Shown here one piece after another: positions 39,986 to 53,224 of a stretch of 64,000 nt of DNA (positions are counted from its first letter, which is position 1; each line of letters opens with the position of its first letter). A program made the position numbers and the translations under genes. The notes beneath the pieces are model-generated. The model ran no database searches. It was not told where the DNA came from and saw only the letters and a program-made list of their open reading frames with translations. Origin of the DNA: Rhynchobatus australiae (taxonomy: Eukaryota); NCBI GenBank assembly GCA_034780895.1, contig JAUZTB010000002.1, positions 69,416,680 through 69,480,679 of the forward strand. Direction: 5' to 3'.

Positions 39986-40589
39986 CTATATTTATGGTTC
40001 TATTGCTTAGTCTCTTTCTTAATGCCTCAGAATCTACATGCAGGTCCATAACTCCTCTTCTACCTACGTCACTGGTACAGTTATGAACCACAGCCTCCGC
40101 TTGTTCAAACTTCCCCTCGAGAATGAGTCATAGACTGATACAGAAACAAGCTCTTTGTCCCAATTTGTCCATGCTGACCAAGATGCCCATTGAAGCTTGT
40201 CCTATTTGCCTGCACTTGGCTGTAGTCTAGTCACTAAGTGATACCTTTGACTGTGGCAGCAGGGACACAACATACCATCCTGGAGTTATATCTGTGGACA
40301 CAAATATCTGTCTGCTTCCTCTAGCAAAACACCCTATAATTAACTCTTGATCATTCTCCTTCCAACATAGCCATACCATCCACAGAGCTTTGGTCCTGGT
40401 TCTGACTGCAGTCCACAGGAAAACCCATTATTCAGGACTCAATACTGGCTTAAGAGTGAAGCTCTCACTGGTCCCTGGCTGTGATTTCACCCTATTCTTG
40501 AAGTGTGGAGTGCACACCTCCCAAAACATACTCTCCACAAAACATTCAACCTTGTTCATGGACTACTGTGACATCAAGTATTACTGAAG

Positions 40590-40775
40590 CTCCAAAACTC
40601 AAGAGCTCAAACAGAAGGAGCCCACTACCTCACCACCCATCAGGTACTTCCTGCCCCATTTGTAGGGCAGTCTACAGTTCCAATATTGGCCTCATTGGCA
40701 ATCTCAGACCCTACAAAGCTAGAATGGAAGCAAGGCATCTTCAGTCCTGAGAGACTGCTTATGATGAGGAAGAAT
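40590..40775 (+). mobile_element. RTE-clade LINE 3' tail
   Basis: Relic SGTSCPICRAVYSSNIGLIGNLR (zinc-knuckle-like end) and tail gagagactgcttatgatga; homologous to 20.6-20.7 kb. Confidence 0.6.
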
Positions 40776-41879
40776 ATTTGTGCTCTTACACTTCATTAGA
40801 ACCCTCAGGATGGCATTTAATTTGGGAATAAATGTTATTAAATAAAGACATTGCAACTAAAGACATTAAAGCTATAGCTAAACAACTCAGAAGACCTCAA
40901 ATGAATTTCCAGACCATGCCCATGTTTCTTGATCAAAACACAAAATAAATTTTTGCCAGTTGGAAAATCTAAGACAACCTTCAGTTCAGTTTTATACATC
41001 AGGTTTTACATCAAGTTTTTTTTTGCAGTTTCAAATCCTCTGGCTCCCTTGAGCCAGACCAAAGAATTGAACATAATTTTATATTAGCTTTGCCAAGTGA
41101 TGAACTAAAGTTTGCTAAATTGCAAGTTCTATAAAATTCTTTTCAAAGCGAAACTAACAATATTCACTCATTCTGAAAGAATGTTCTGCGCACAACAGAT
41201 CTTTAAACTTTGTTAAACATAAAAAATGTAATTAATCTTATTCTTGCGAAGTATTGGTATGACGAAGTATTATGTAATAGGAAAAGCTACAGATTTTAAG
41301 TAGTTCTGAATATATCCACTATTTAATAAAACAAACCTCAAAAATGTCTCAATTAAAGGCATTACAGCAAGATGGAGATTTGTGTACTTAGATCAGCTTC
41401 CAGCAGGTTCTGTACTGTAAAGATAACAAGAGCCTTGTTTTCTAAACATTGCAAACAATGCACTAATCACCTCCAAGTACAAAACATCTCTTCACCTACC
41501 AAATAGTTAAAGTGTAGGAAGTAGCCAGTCAACCTTAGAAATGCCAAATCAAAGTGGCAAGAGCTCAATCTTTTGCAGTAATGGCAAAAATTTCAAAGTA
41601 AATTTGAGCATACCCCATTTATAGTTCTTTTGATAAAATGAAAACAAATGTCAACAGCATCACAATGAAATAAGAATACCAGCTAATATCTAACTTTGAA
41701 ACAAAAGAATGAAATGCATTTTCCAAAAAAGATAAATACTTAGAAATCAGTATCAACCCATATATTCAACTTTTACAAGGAATAAACAATACTGTGATGG
41801 TAATAACACAGTAGGAATGAGGATGTGCTGTTGAATACCAATATATGTTTAAGAATTTCATGTCCACTACAGAATGTGG

Positions 41880-42506
41880 ACACTGGAGATATGTTTACAT
41901 TCGTTTTGACCCAATGAGGCTCAATGAGACTGTTGCTTTAAGTTAATAAAACCTGTTGCTTATCTGTCAACACTAATATAAAAACATGAAAACAGAGCAA
42001 TATTCCCATGAGTAATGAAGGGGACACGTCAGATCAGGTCAGCGTCGTACAGCACAAAACAGGGTAGTTAGCCCATGTCCATGCCAACCTTTTTGCCCAT
42101 TTACACTAATCCCATTTGCCTGCATTAGGTCCATATCTTCCTATGCCTTGTCAACTGTCTGTGGAATTAGATAAATTTCATTTGTTCTGATTCAAAGATA
42201 GCTTCCTTACAGATGGCTAGAAGTGGAAGCAATGAATTGGAGCACTAAATTATACTTCAAATTATTAAGGTTGAACAGAAAGTAGCTTCACCTTCAATGA
42301 CACTAGAGGTACCACAATTCTTAACCAATGTGACCCAAGATACAAAATGACTGATGGAGACCACATCAGTGGACCACACAGATGGAACCTGCTTGGGTTC
42401 ACTGGCATCTTAGTTGTACAGATCAGGTCACCTATCAGTCTCAGTCTTCCACACTGGAGATATGTTTACATTCCTTTTGACCCAATGAAGCTCAATGAGA
42501 CTCTTG
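41880..42506 (+). repeat. 56-bp direct repeat pair (41880-41935 and 42451-42506)
   Basis: acactggagatatgtttacattc(g/c)ttttgacccaatga(g/a)gctcaatgagact(g/c)ttg; 53 of 56 bases identical. Confidence 0.9.
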
Positions 42507-42724
42507 AGAAAAAGGAATGGGAAACATGTGAAAGATGAAAGACTCGTAAATGAAGAAGCATTTACAGCTGATAGCCTCGGACAAAAATGACCCATGACAA
42601 ACTATGATCTTGCAGGAAGCTACTTTTTCCCGTTTGACCAAGTCTGGCCCTTTATTCAGAAACTGGTAGTCTAGCATGGAGGAAGAAATGCAACAACCAT
42701 GAAAAAAGCTGGCCAATTTGCGGA

Positions 42725-42822
42725 GACAGAAATCTAGAGTAAACAATCTGCTGTAGGAACTCAGCAGGTCAAGCAGCATATGTGGGAAGAAAGGAACTGT
42801 CGACATTTCCAGTCAAAACCCC
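42725..42822 (-). mobile_element. Penelope-like terminal repeat relic
   Basis: ggaactcagcaggtcaagcagcat...gtcgacatttcc; the minus strand keeps GAAAtGTCgac. Confidence 0.65.
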
Positions 42823-44819
42823 GATCGTTTTTCCAACAGATTGTTTGTGGCAACTATGCGACTTGCTGCATAAACACAGCCTACATTTTCTATTGAAAGT
42901 GACCTGAAGGACACTATGTACCTCAACATAAATTTGTGATGCTCATGCTCCTACCTGATTGGGTTTCTTCATGCAGCTTAGCTATTAATCCGTGATGAAA
43001 ATCAATGAACAGGTAAGAAATAGTCTGTGGATGATAATGACAAAATTATGAAAATAACTGGGAAATTTATGAGGATGAGTGTTGCATAGCCATTACAAAG
43101 CCAAGACAAATTGCTTAGTGTTTGGATAGTGGAGTTAATGAAATCCATATGGTTAAAGCAAGTTTTCAAAGGGATTGATTAACTAAAGAACAATAATCTA
43201 ATAATTCATCCATGTTAATTTAATAGCTCAGGTACTGATAAAACCATTTTGTTAAAGTGAGATGGAGCCAACAAAGAGGACAAGCCTACAAGCTCGAGTT
43301 GACATGAGGAAAGCCTTTTTCTTTAAAAAGAATACGGAATGCACTGCCTGCAGATATGGTGGAAGTTCCACTGTGGACTTTAAGAGGGAATTGGTCGAAT
43401 ATAATGCAAAGAAAAATTTGCAAGGCTGTTGAAAGGAAGGTGTGGTATAGCAAGTTGCTCTGGTGGAGCCAGTGTGGCAAGGTGGGCCAAATGGCCCCCT
43501 CCTGTGTAGTAACCACTCTAAGTTCAATGTACTGAAAATTAAGGGGACACCTCAGTCAGCACCAATAACTATAATTTGAGGTTAAAAGAAAACATCCATT
43601 TCACTCTCCAGATGAAATTGTTGAGTTTTATGGTAGTGAAGCCTTTTCTATTTGTTGGATTTGAAACTGAACTGAGAAGTCAAGATTTGAACAGAGTTTT
43701 GTTTAAGCATGCAAAATGGAAGAGCAATCGAAGACAGTCTACTTGAGTCCATATTATGCCTGCAACTTGGTAAAATATCCAAAGATGCATTGTAATATGT
43801 AATATATTGTTTGATGTTCTTGCAATGAGCTAGGGGAGATTTGATCGAAAGTCCAGGCAAAGCAGGTAGGTTCTATAAAGCATCTGAAAAGGATCAAAGA
43901 AAAGATGAGTAAGCCATCTCATGAAGGTATGAGAAACATTGCAAGCAATGTGATAGGAATGTACCAGGCAATACATTTGCAAATAAAATGCCTTTCTGGA
44001 GTGATGAAACTGGAGCATGCAGGACTGATACAACTCACATGTCTACAGTCTCAACACCCTGAATTGTATTCTTTGGACCGAAATTAAAATGCAAATCACA
44101 CAAAGAAAAAAGTTTCTAACTGCTTTCAAGTATCAAAATCTGCTTTGGACCTCTGGAGTTTTCTAGGTTTACATCAGTGTGGTTATCACATTTGCCCAAT
44201 TTACAAATGGCTGCAGAATTGTTATAAACTCAAGATCATATCTTCTCCATTGAAAGCAAATGCAGCAGGAAGCCTAATTCCATCTGCTAGCACATGGTCT
44301 GTATTCCCTTCTTTCTCTCCCTGTTCATGTGCCTGTCTAAATGCCTTTCAACATTGCTATTGTGTCTGCCTCACTACTTCCCCTANNNNNNNNNNNNNNN
44401 NNNNNNNNNNNNNNNNNNNNNNNNNNNNNNNNNNNNNNNNNNNNNNNNNNNNNNNNNNNNNNNNNNNNNNNNNNNNNNNNNNNNNCTATCTGTGAACAAG
44501 CAGGTCTGTTTCTCACACTTCTAAGTGAGGGAAAATCATGGAGGTGATTTTTAAAAGTAAGAAGGGCTGAATTTAAGATATTTTGATGATTACCAATTCA
44601 GCAATAGAGCTAAACATAGCAACAATTTATGATGGCAAAGGTGAGTTACATCCAATTTCCTGGCTAATGCATGGGAATTGCTAAAATATAATTGCACACT
44701 TACGTTGCTGGAAATTATAAACCCAAAGCTTTTCCTCATTAATTGTGTTCCACTGAGCTACTGGGTTAAGTCTTTCTTAAGTAAAGAGACAAAATGTTGG
44801 AAATGTTCTGCAGTTCTAT

Positions 44820-45025
44820 TAGTTCTCCCCACAGCCTTTTGACGTCCCGGAGAAAACAATCCAAGTTTGTCCAGTGTCTTTTCATAGCTAATACTCTCTA
44901 ATCTAGGCAACATACTGGTGAACCTCTTCTGCACACTTTCCAAAGCCTCATTTTTCCTGAAATGCAGTGACTATGACTACACACAATACTCCAAACATGG
45001 CCTAACAAAGTTTTATACAGGTTCA
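44820..45025 (-). mobile_element. CR1-like fragment
   Basis: LYKTLLGHVWSIV and ESVQKRFTSMLPRLESISYEKTLDKLGLFS. Confidence 0.8.
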
Positions 45026-46769
45026 CCTTTGAACTAATAGTGACAGATTCACAAACTAGAATTTGCAGCAAATGCAGCACCAACCCAGAAATGGGACAAA
45101 AGGTAGACCGCCTGTGATTAAACAAGTTACAGATCATAGATGCATGATTTAATATTGGACTACAGTAATTCTAAGTGATGAACATTTCCTGCTAGTCATG
45201 GGTGATTGTGGTCAGGTGCTTGATGGAAACTACAACAGTGAACATACAACTTTATGTTCAGAATACTGCACTTTGCTATGAACTGGTTATGGAAGAGTTA
45301 ATTTTTGAAAGAATCTGGTATGGAATGTCAAGCTACAATTCTGGACTAGCCATCAGTTAATGTTCAATTGGAATGTCAGAGCAGGCCACTAATGAAAGCA
45401 CTATAAAGTGGTCAAAACAAACACTAAAAAGGCAAGAAATGGCATCAGTTACAGAGGTTGACTGGAAGACGATGAATGGCTTTGTAGTAGTGAGGAAATT
45501 TGAATAGGCAGGAATAAAATTAATCCAGCTGACTGCTTGGATGACTAATGTAGCTCCAGAAGTGGCACAATCCAACTGGAAAGTAGACCAAGGAAGATTT
45601 GATGACAAGGACAGACTTCATGGAAAACAATGAACATTAACCCAATTTTATATCATCATCTTCCCATAAAGTGCACCCTTAATACAAGAGTTATATTAAT
45701 GATCACATGATAGATTAGACCCATGATTAATACCAAAATGAACTGAAAATAAAACTAATTCATTGTCAAGTTGAGCTTTGGAGATTTGCTTTAGCTAGCA
45801 CAGAAGGTCTCAATGGTCATGGATCTTAGCAGAAAGATTTTTTTTAAATTACTAGTTTTCCCACAAAAGATACCCATATAATAATTCAACTTGAAATTTC
45901 AAATGTCAGCTTTTGGTGGCAGCAAAAGACCACAATCCACTCAGGGTCCCCACCATATGCAGTGCTACCTTGTATTCCACAGGCTGCATGAAGCAGCTTT
46001 AAACTCTCCAGAGATGCAGCCTTAAGTCTGGAATCACATGGCCATGAGCAGATATTGACCAAAGGATAAAAACATTTTGCCACCATTTCCTAGCTCGGAT
46101 TGAGATTATTGGGACACAGCATAGCAAAGTGAAGGTATGGAAATGGTTGGGTGTAATTCCCCCTCTATTCTGCAAGTACCATCTCCTTTATGGCTGGAAT
46201 ATTGTACCTGTTGCAGAGTCATGTACTTGTTCAATGAATACAATTTTTGATAAATATTCAATTTTTTTTAATGATTTCTAATGTTTATCATCTCTTATCC
46301 ATTTTTCAAAAAGACACTATCAATAAAGACAGTTAACAGCAGACCAATTAATCTACTGTCCACCCCACCCCAAATATGGAGGTGATGTGTTCAATGAATC
46401 TATGATAATAGACACCCAACTTAACTGCACGTTCGCATACACGATGCATAGATTAACATATGGGCATACCCAGATACTAAGGAATAATAATCTTCTTACA
46501 TCTTGTAACTATTGTGCCATTGTATTTCTGTTGATCCAGTGTTAGTCTGCTGCACATACCAAGTACGATGACCTGTTGTGAAGGGACCAGATAACAACTT
46601 GTCCAGGATCTCAAATCTCTCTTAATTAACCCTGCAGAATCTTACTGTGGATTTCTCGAATGAAGGACACAAAATACTACAATCTGTGGTGACCTTTTAA
46701 GTATAGGGAAGCTTTTAGGAATCAAGGTATTAAACTTTCATGTAGAAAGTTGAAGTTTTTGAAATGTGT

Positions 46770-47348
46770 TCACAATGGAGGCCAATTCTCCATGCCACTT
46801 GGAAGCCCCTTTTCTATCCAATCCTAATGGTACGAACATAGAATTTTCCAATTTCACATAACCCACAATCCATGTTCCTTTCCCACTCCTAACAGTCCAC
46901 CTAGGTTCTCCCCCTTTGTTGGCTTTTTCCATTTACCCTGCCTTCCCCCCCCCCCAAACTAGATTTGTTATCCTTCCCCATTGGCTCATCACCCACACAC
47001 CTATCCACCTGGGTTTCCTTTCCATTGGCCTATTCCCATCTCCTCCCCCATCTCCCCATCATCTTCAAAAGGTCTATCTTNNNNNNNNNNNNNNNNNNNN
47101 NTCTATCTTCCCCTCCCATCTCCATCTTTTATCATCCCCTCACCTAATTCCACCTATCAACTACCAAGCCCCCATCTCACCCCTTCCTCGCACCCCTTTA
47201 TAATGGTCATCTTCCCTTTACACAGTCCTGATGCAGGGTCTCAACCCCAACTAACTACCATCCCTCTGCCTCCAGAAATGCTACTTGACACACTGTTCCT
47301 CTAACAGTTTTTGCTCCAGATTCCAACTTCTGCATCTCTTGTATCTCC
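46770..47348 (+). mobile_element. Penelope-like element 3' relic with terminal repeat
   Basis: aacatagaattttccaatttc, a pyrimidine tract, then cagtcCTGATGCagggtctcaacc...tttttgctccagattcc. Confidence 0.7.
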
Positions 47349-48409
47349 CTTTCCCATCCCAACTCATTAACAGGAAGTTTTATTTGATCTCCAGGAGTGC
47401 TGGAAGCAACATTCAAATCCTTAATTTTGATGAAGATCCAGCATTCTTATAGAAATCAACATTGGCTCTGAGTAACTAAGGGTCTAACTTCCAAGACAAC
47501 ATGCAATAATATTTAAAACAAAAACCAAGGGAACTTCTATTATGGTTCCTTTACAGGCCCTTTATTGCTCTGATTTCCAAAATAGTTCAAAACATTATAA
47601 TCATGTATACCTTTTACTGCATGAAATATATTGATGAATTAAAGACCAAGAAAAAGTTGTAGATTGCAGTTCATTTCTATAGAAACGAATCAGCTGGAAT
47701 AGTCAAACCATTTTGTTTTAACTTTACTAAAACTATTGTGCTGCTGCCTTCAGCCACAAGCTATTTTTAGACTAATGAAAAACCCAGACTAAGGACAATG
47801 CAAGTCAACATTCCCAAATGAAAAACAGAAGAATGTTGACTAAATATGCATTCATTTGAACTATTCCCTCACTGAATTATTTATACCCCAGTAATGTAAA
47901 CTAAACTTGCACTTCAGACAATCAGTCATGGTTTTGCACTATTGAAGCAGCATTTAGAAAAGATATTTACACTGTATAGTGCAAGACAATAATTAAACAT
48001 CATAAAAGAAACCTATTTGAAAATTGTTGAGAAAGTGAATGATTAATAAAAGTGAAGTTTCTAAATCAATTTTTCCATCGTTGTTAGATGTGGCTTTTTA
48101 TTCTACTCCACCTCAACAACAGACAAAAATGTCAAAGTACTCAACTATGCACACGTTTCTGCAGGTACAAACTGGAGAGCACTCTGCAAGAATCAAGTCT
48201 CTACAGTTTGAGGAAAAAAATTGCCACATTTCCCTCCACATCAAGTGGGGGTGAAAATTAGCCAAGAAGCATTTATTTGATGCAAAAGGTGCAGAATGCC
48301 GCATCCCAGTTGTTCTCCAGTACCTCGATCAAGAGCTATTTAATGAAAAAGCCTCAGCATTGAATAGATTATTTAATTGGGAGCATAAATTAATGTTTTA
48401 CTAAATTAT

Positions 48410-49100
48410 TACTGGCAAGGACAGAATTTGCTGGCTCTCCCTAGAACTGCAATGAGCCTAAAAAGCTATGTTCCACATGGCATTTCAGGATTTAGACTGA
48501 TGAAGGACTGGCAATAACCTTTCAAGTCAGCCTGGTTTGTCAGAGGGAAAATAGTATTTCTCATCTACTGCCCTTCTAGACAGTAGAGACCATGAATTTG
48601 GGAGGAACTGTTGAGTATGCCTTGGGAAGTTGCTGCAATATGTCCCGTAGATTATTCACTATTAAAATGCTGTGGTGTGTAGAGTGAATTTTCAAGGTGG
48701 GTTAGAGGGTGGCTTGAAACACTTGTCGATGGTCTCTATATTTGGGTGGCATGAATATTACCTGACAATGGTCCACCCAGGCCCAAATAACGAACAGGTT
48801 ATTGCTTGCTGGAACTTCTGATGGAGGCAGGTTTTTGATGGTGAGGCCTTGGGTTCTGCCCTGTGGAACTCTGATGTTCAAGGGGAATTACTACCGTGCA
48901 TTTTGTACACAATACAAAGACTTGACTTGATGATGTGCTTGGCAACTGAAGTGGTTTTGGAGACTCAGAAGGCAATTCACTCATCACAGAACACCTAGGT
49001 TTGATCTACGCTTATAGACAATACCAAGGTGACTGGTTCACTTTGTTGATTGACCTAGTTAAGTTTACAGTTAAGGGCAGCCACTAGAATAAATCTGGCA
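48410..49100 (-). mobile_element. Degenerate LINE 3' fragment (same family as 53.2-56.2 kb)
   Basis: Begins ctggcaaggacagaatttgctggc..., collinear with gctggcaaggcaacc... at 53240. Confidence 0.45.
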
Positions 49101-52100
49101 AGGAATTTGAAAATATATTTGATCAAGGAGCGATGATTTGCATTTATTTTATTGACTGTTACCTAAATGGCAAATTATATTCAAAACATGGAGATCTTAC
49201 TGCACTTGTATAGTGCAGTAAGAGCAAACAGAACCAAACACTGCAATAGGTGAACATACTCTGACCTTTGGTGGAGGAAAGTTTATTCATGTGGTTGGAA
49301 CTAGGACACAGCCTTAAGGAATTCCTGAAGAAATGGCCTGTAATTCCCATAATAACCATTATCATCTTCCTTCGAGCAAGGCCCAATGCCAGCTAGTGCC
49401 TAATTTCCCTGTTGTTTACATTCTTATTAACCTGCACATTGATGCTACATTTGACTAAATGTATTCTTCATGTCAAAGGCAGTTACTCACTCCACTTTGA
49501 AAACAATCTCTTTTCTCAGAATTTGGATTGACTACAAGGGGGTGGGGTGGCAGTCACTCAATAATGATCACAATAACAACTCAGAGCCTGCCCTGGTCAA
49601 TTGTACTGTCTCTGCCACCATCTTGAAGTTCAACTCCAGCAGAAATGCTGACCTGGCTGTTTGAAATATCTCAGGTATTCAATGATTTAAGCTCAAGTTG
49701 GCTATGAGGATTCCTTCGATATGTCAATTATCATTTACCACTTTAAGCTAATTCCTACCCATCGCATATCACTACTCTGCAAAAAAAAGCAAAAGCTCTA
49801 CCTTAAGAATTCCTGCTATGCTGTAATGGGAGACGCGAGAAGAATTGCAGAGAAGTTGGTCAAGCAATACTCAATTTGGCCGTTCCCTTACACCAGATTC
49901 ATACAAAACCTTAGGAAGTAAGAGCATGCTCTGATGCATCTGTCAGGTGTGGACTCATTTGCCACCAATTTAGGGCACAATACACATTTGGTAACCAGTA
50001 TCCTGGAGCTTCATTTAATATGACTGATAGAAAACTGTTAAACTGTTAATATTGGCAAGTTAAAGCAATATCAGAATTCCAACTCATTCATTCCTACCTT
50101 CAAATCAAATCATGAAAATATAAAATTCTCATATCCTTTAAAATGCAATGACAATTATTTCTACGGAACTGAAGCTGTTGAAATACAGATTCCTTAAACA
50201 CATAGTACAAAGTACAAATCGTACACTGGAAGGCTAACCATTTGGCAAGATAAAATACTTTTATTCTTACAATTCCTCTCATTTTGGTTGATTTCAACAC
50301 GTTACAAGATATTTAGAATAGTTTATAAAATGAGAGACAATCTTTGAATAAAAAGTGTTGTTGACACCGAAATCTCATACCAAAAACCTCAATGGTTTAC
50401 GCAAGGGAAATAAATGGCTTGTAATATGGAGAATATGAAAATTATTAGGAGGGTTAAAGGATGCAAATTCTATACCACAAAAGAGAATTTCTTGATACTT
50501 TTCTTCCCATGAATCTCCCAAATATGGTCAAATTTCACCAATGGTGTCTAGAAAACTCATTCCACCATATTAAGGCTTACATTATAAATAGAATTTGTCC
50601 TTTCAATGTTATATCAAAACACTGTTTTATATAGTAATTTCAAGTCATTAGTGCCAGGAAACAATTCCCCTTATCAGTTACAGTAATGCACATATGGCTG
50701 TGGATTACCAATTTCAACTGCACAAATTCCTGGAGGTTTCATCTACAACTTCATGCTGCTCACCCAAATCAAAACAGCCCCCTATTAATGAATATATTTT
50801 AAAAAATACCGACTAACATTCACCAAGTTACCTACAATAACTGTGTCCAGGGACAATTTTGGAAGATTAGCCAACTCCAATGTTAATACTAGAGTACAAA
50901 AATCAGCAAGCTTCAAAAACCCACAATTACTATGCATTTCTTAAAATGTGTACAATAAGTATTTTTAAGAAAGCATAATTTTGTCTTTTCCATTAGGAAC
51001 CTCTAACACATCCTAGTATACAATTTCTATATTATTTTTTTGGGTGCATTTAGTGACCAAAAATAGGGAAAATACATTTTCCGTTTCAGACAACATCAAT
51101 CAGTAAAACAATTTGTAAGCATACATATGAACTCACATTTTACATTACTGTTAAACACAAGCTTAAATGGGTTTACAAAATCTGGCAAGTTTTGTGCTGT
51201 AAACGGAGTAAAGCTGCCCAAGCTCATTTCTAGAGTCCTTTATAATCATTAGACAAAATCTCATGACCTCTCCACCTGTTTTAATGCTGTGAAATCCAAT
51301 ACCCAGAGGGCAAAGGCCAGCAGTTCATAAGACTCATCTTTTCACATTGAAAAATAATGTTTCTGAGCAACACTATTTCACAGTAATCCACATGAATATT
51401 GCAAATCTGCAGAACAGAAAATGTTCACTCAGCAAACAGCCAAAAAGCTCAGGGCAAATTTCTGTTGCTCAGCACAGTCAACAGCCAAGCTAACAATAAC
51501 AAATTAGGATGCATGTCTGAAAAGGACCGTAACGGAGCCGGAGATTAGGTTCTAAAGAGTTTAAATCTACTGCAAAACCTGCGAATTGGAAGCTGAAAAG
51601 CTGGCATCAGCTGCCCATCTTTTGCTGCTTACTGTTGTTCAAAGACAGATCATAATCTGCCTGCCTACATATGAAATAATGTCAATCAACCCACTGATCC
51701 ATGAACAGCAAGGATCAACCCAGTTCTCTTTTTAGGTCCAAAAGAGATTTTGGTTTGATAGGCTTGTGCACTATTTAACACAGCTCAAAAGAAGAAATCA
51801 GTAGACATTTTACAATCCTAAGACATTTAGCCAACAAATTCAAGAGTTTGCATCAAAGGCACTAAATTAGAAACATGAAAAATGCAAACCAGTTTGCCAG
51901 AATGGGTGTAATTCTGTAAAGTCATAAAGCAATGGGATACTACACTGAATCTTCATCCAAGTGGGTTCCCTAATCTTGAATCCACTGCTGAAATTGTGCT
52001 CATAATGGTGGATACAGTGAAAACAGAGGTCTTTTTTTTTTGGGGGGGGGCGGGGCAGTGGTGGGAAGAAAACAAATGCAGCCACTTCAGTATTCTCAGT

Positions 52101-53224
52101 GGGCCAAGAATAGCTGTATGTCCATCCATACCTAGTGATATCTCACTAAATCTTTGTTTAGATGTTCAGAAATTTATCATAAGGCTATGGACACACATTT
52201 GAAGCCTGGTCAAAACTAAGTAGCACAATATTGCTGTTGTTGCATAGATCACAAATGGCCTGTTCCAAGCTCATCACTTCAGGAACAATATAAAAATATA
52301 CTATGATACTAAATGAATAAATACATGTTACTTTGGTTTTGAGGGTTCATAATTTTCAGATGTTTGTTACATCATTTATAATGCAAAATATTTGGGAAGG
52401 TCAGGTTTCACTATGGATTGTTAATAAATTTTAAGCAGTTTAGCTTTTTTTTAAATGCAGAAAACTAACTAGAAATTCCCAAAAATGAGGAATATCAGCT
52501 CCAAGGTTAGACCAAAGGGGCTGAGGTGGTTCTCCTTGTTGCAATGAAGGTTGACTGATTTGACAGGTGCAAAAGATCACCAGTTTAATAAGGAAGATGG
52601 TGGAAAGCTGCATCTATCAGTAGATGATTTGAAGACCACGAGGCACAGATTTAAAACTTTTCCTCACATCCATTCATCTTCTGGCAAAAGTTTTTCTAAT
52701 TAAGAAAAAGCAAAGAATAGTTATAATCTAGAACTTTGCAGATAATGGTGTAGACAATCAAACAGGGCTTTAAAAAGAGAATTGGATAGGCACTAAGAAT
52801 TTTGCAGGAACAAAGGAACAAAAGCACAGGAAATGGAACCGTGAGAATTGCTCTACTACGAGCCATCATAAACTCAATGAGCTAAGAATTCTATGATTAT
52901 TATTAAAAAGTTGGAAGCATGTCCAACAGCATATTGACATTTACTATTGATGTAACTATCATACGATCCTAATTCTAACTAAACTGCTTATGCCAATTCC
53001 AGCTAAACCACCTATCCATCCCTACTCCCAGAAATCCCTATTAAGGGTTAAGGTTTCCGTCCATGAAACTGCATCATTGTGTGCAGTTCACAAATAATAT
53101 TTTTCCACAAACAGCTTGACATCAACTTTTACTGTTCAATCTTGAGCTAATATTTAAACTGATCTTACTCCTAAGACATCCCAACTCCCACAATTTAAAA
53201 TTACCACTCCTACATTGCTATTTT

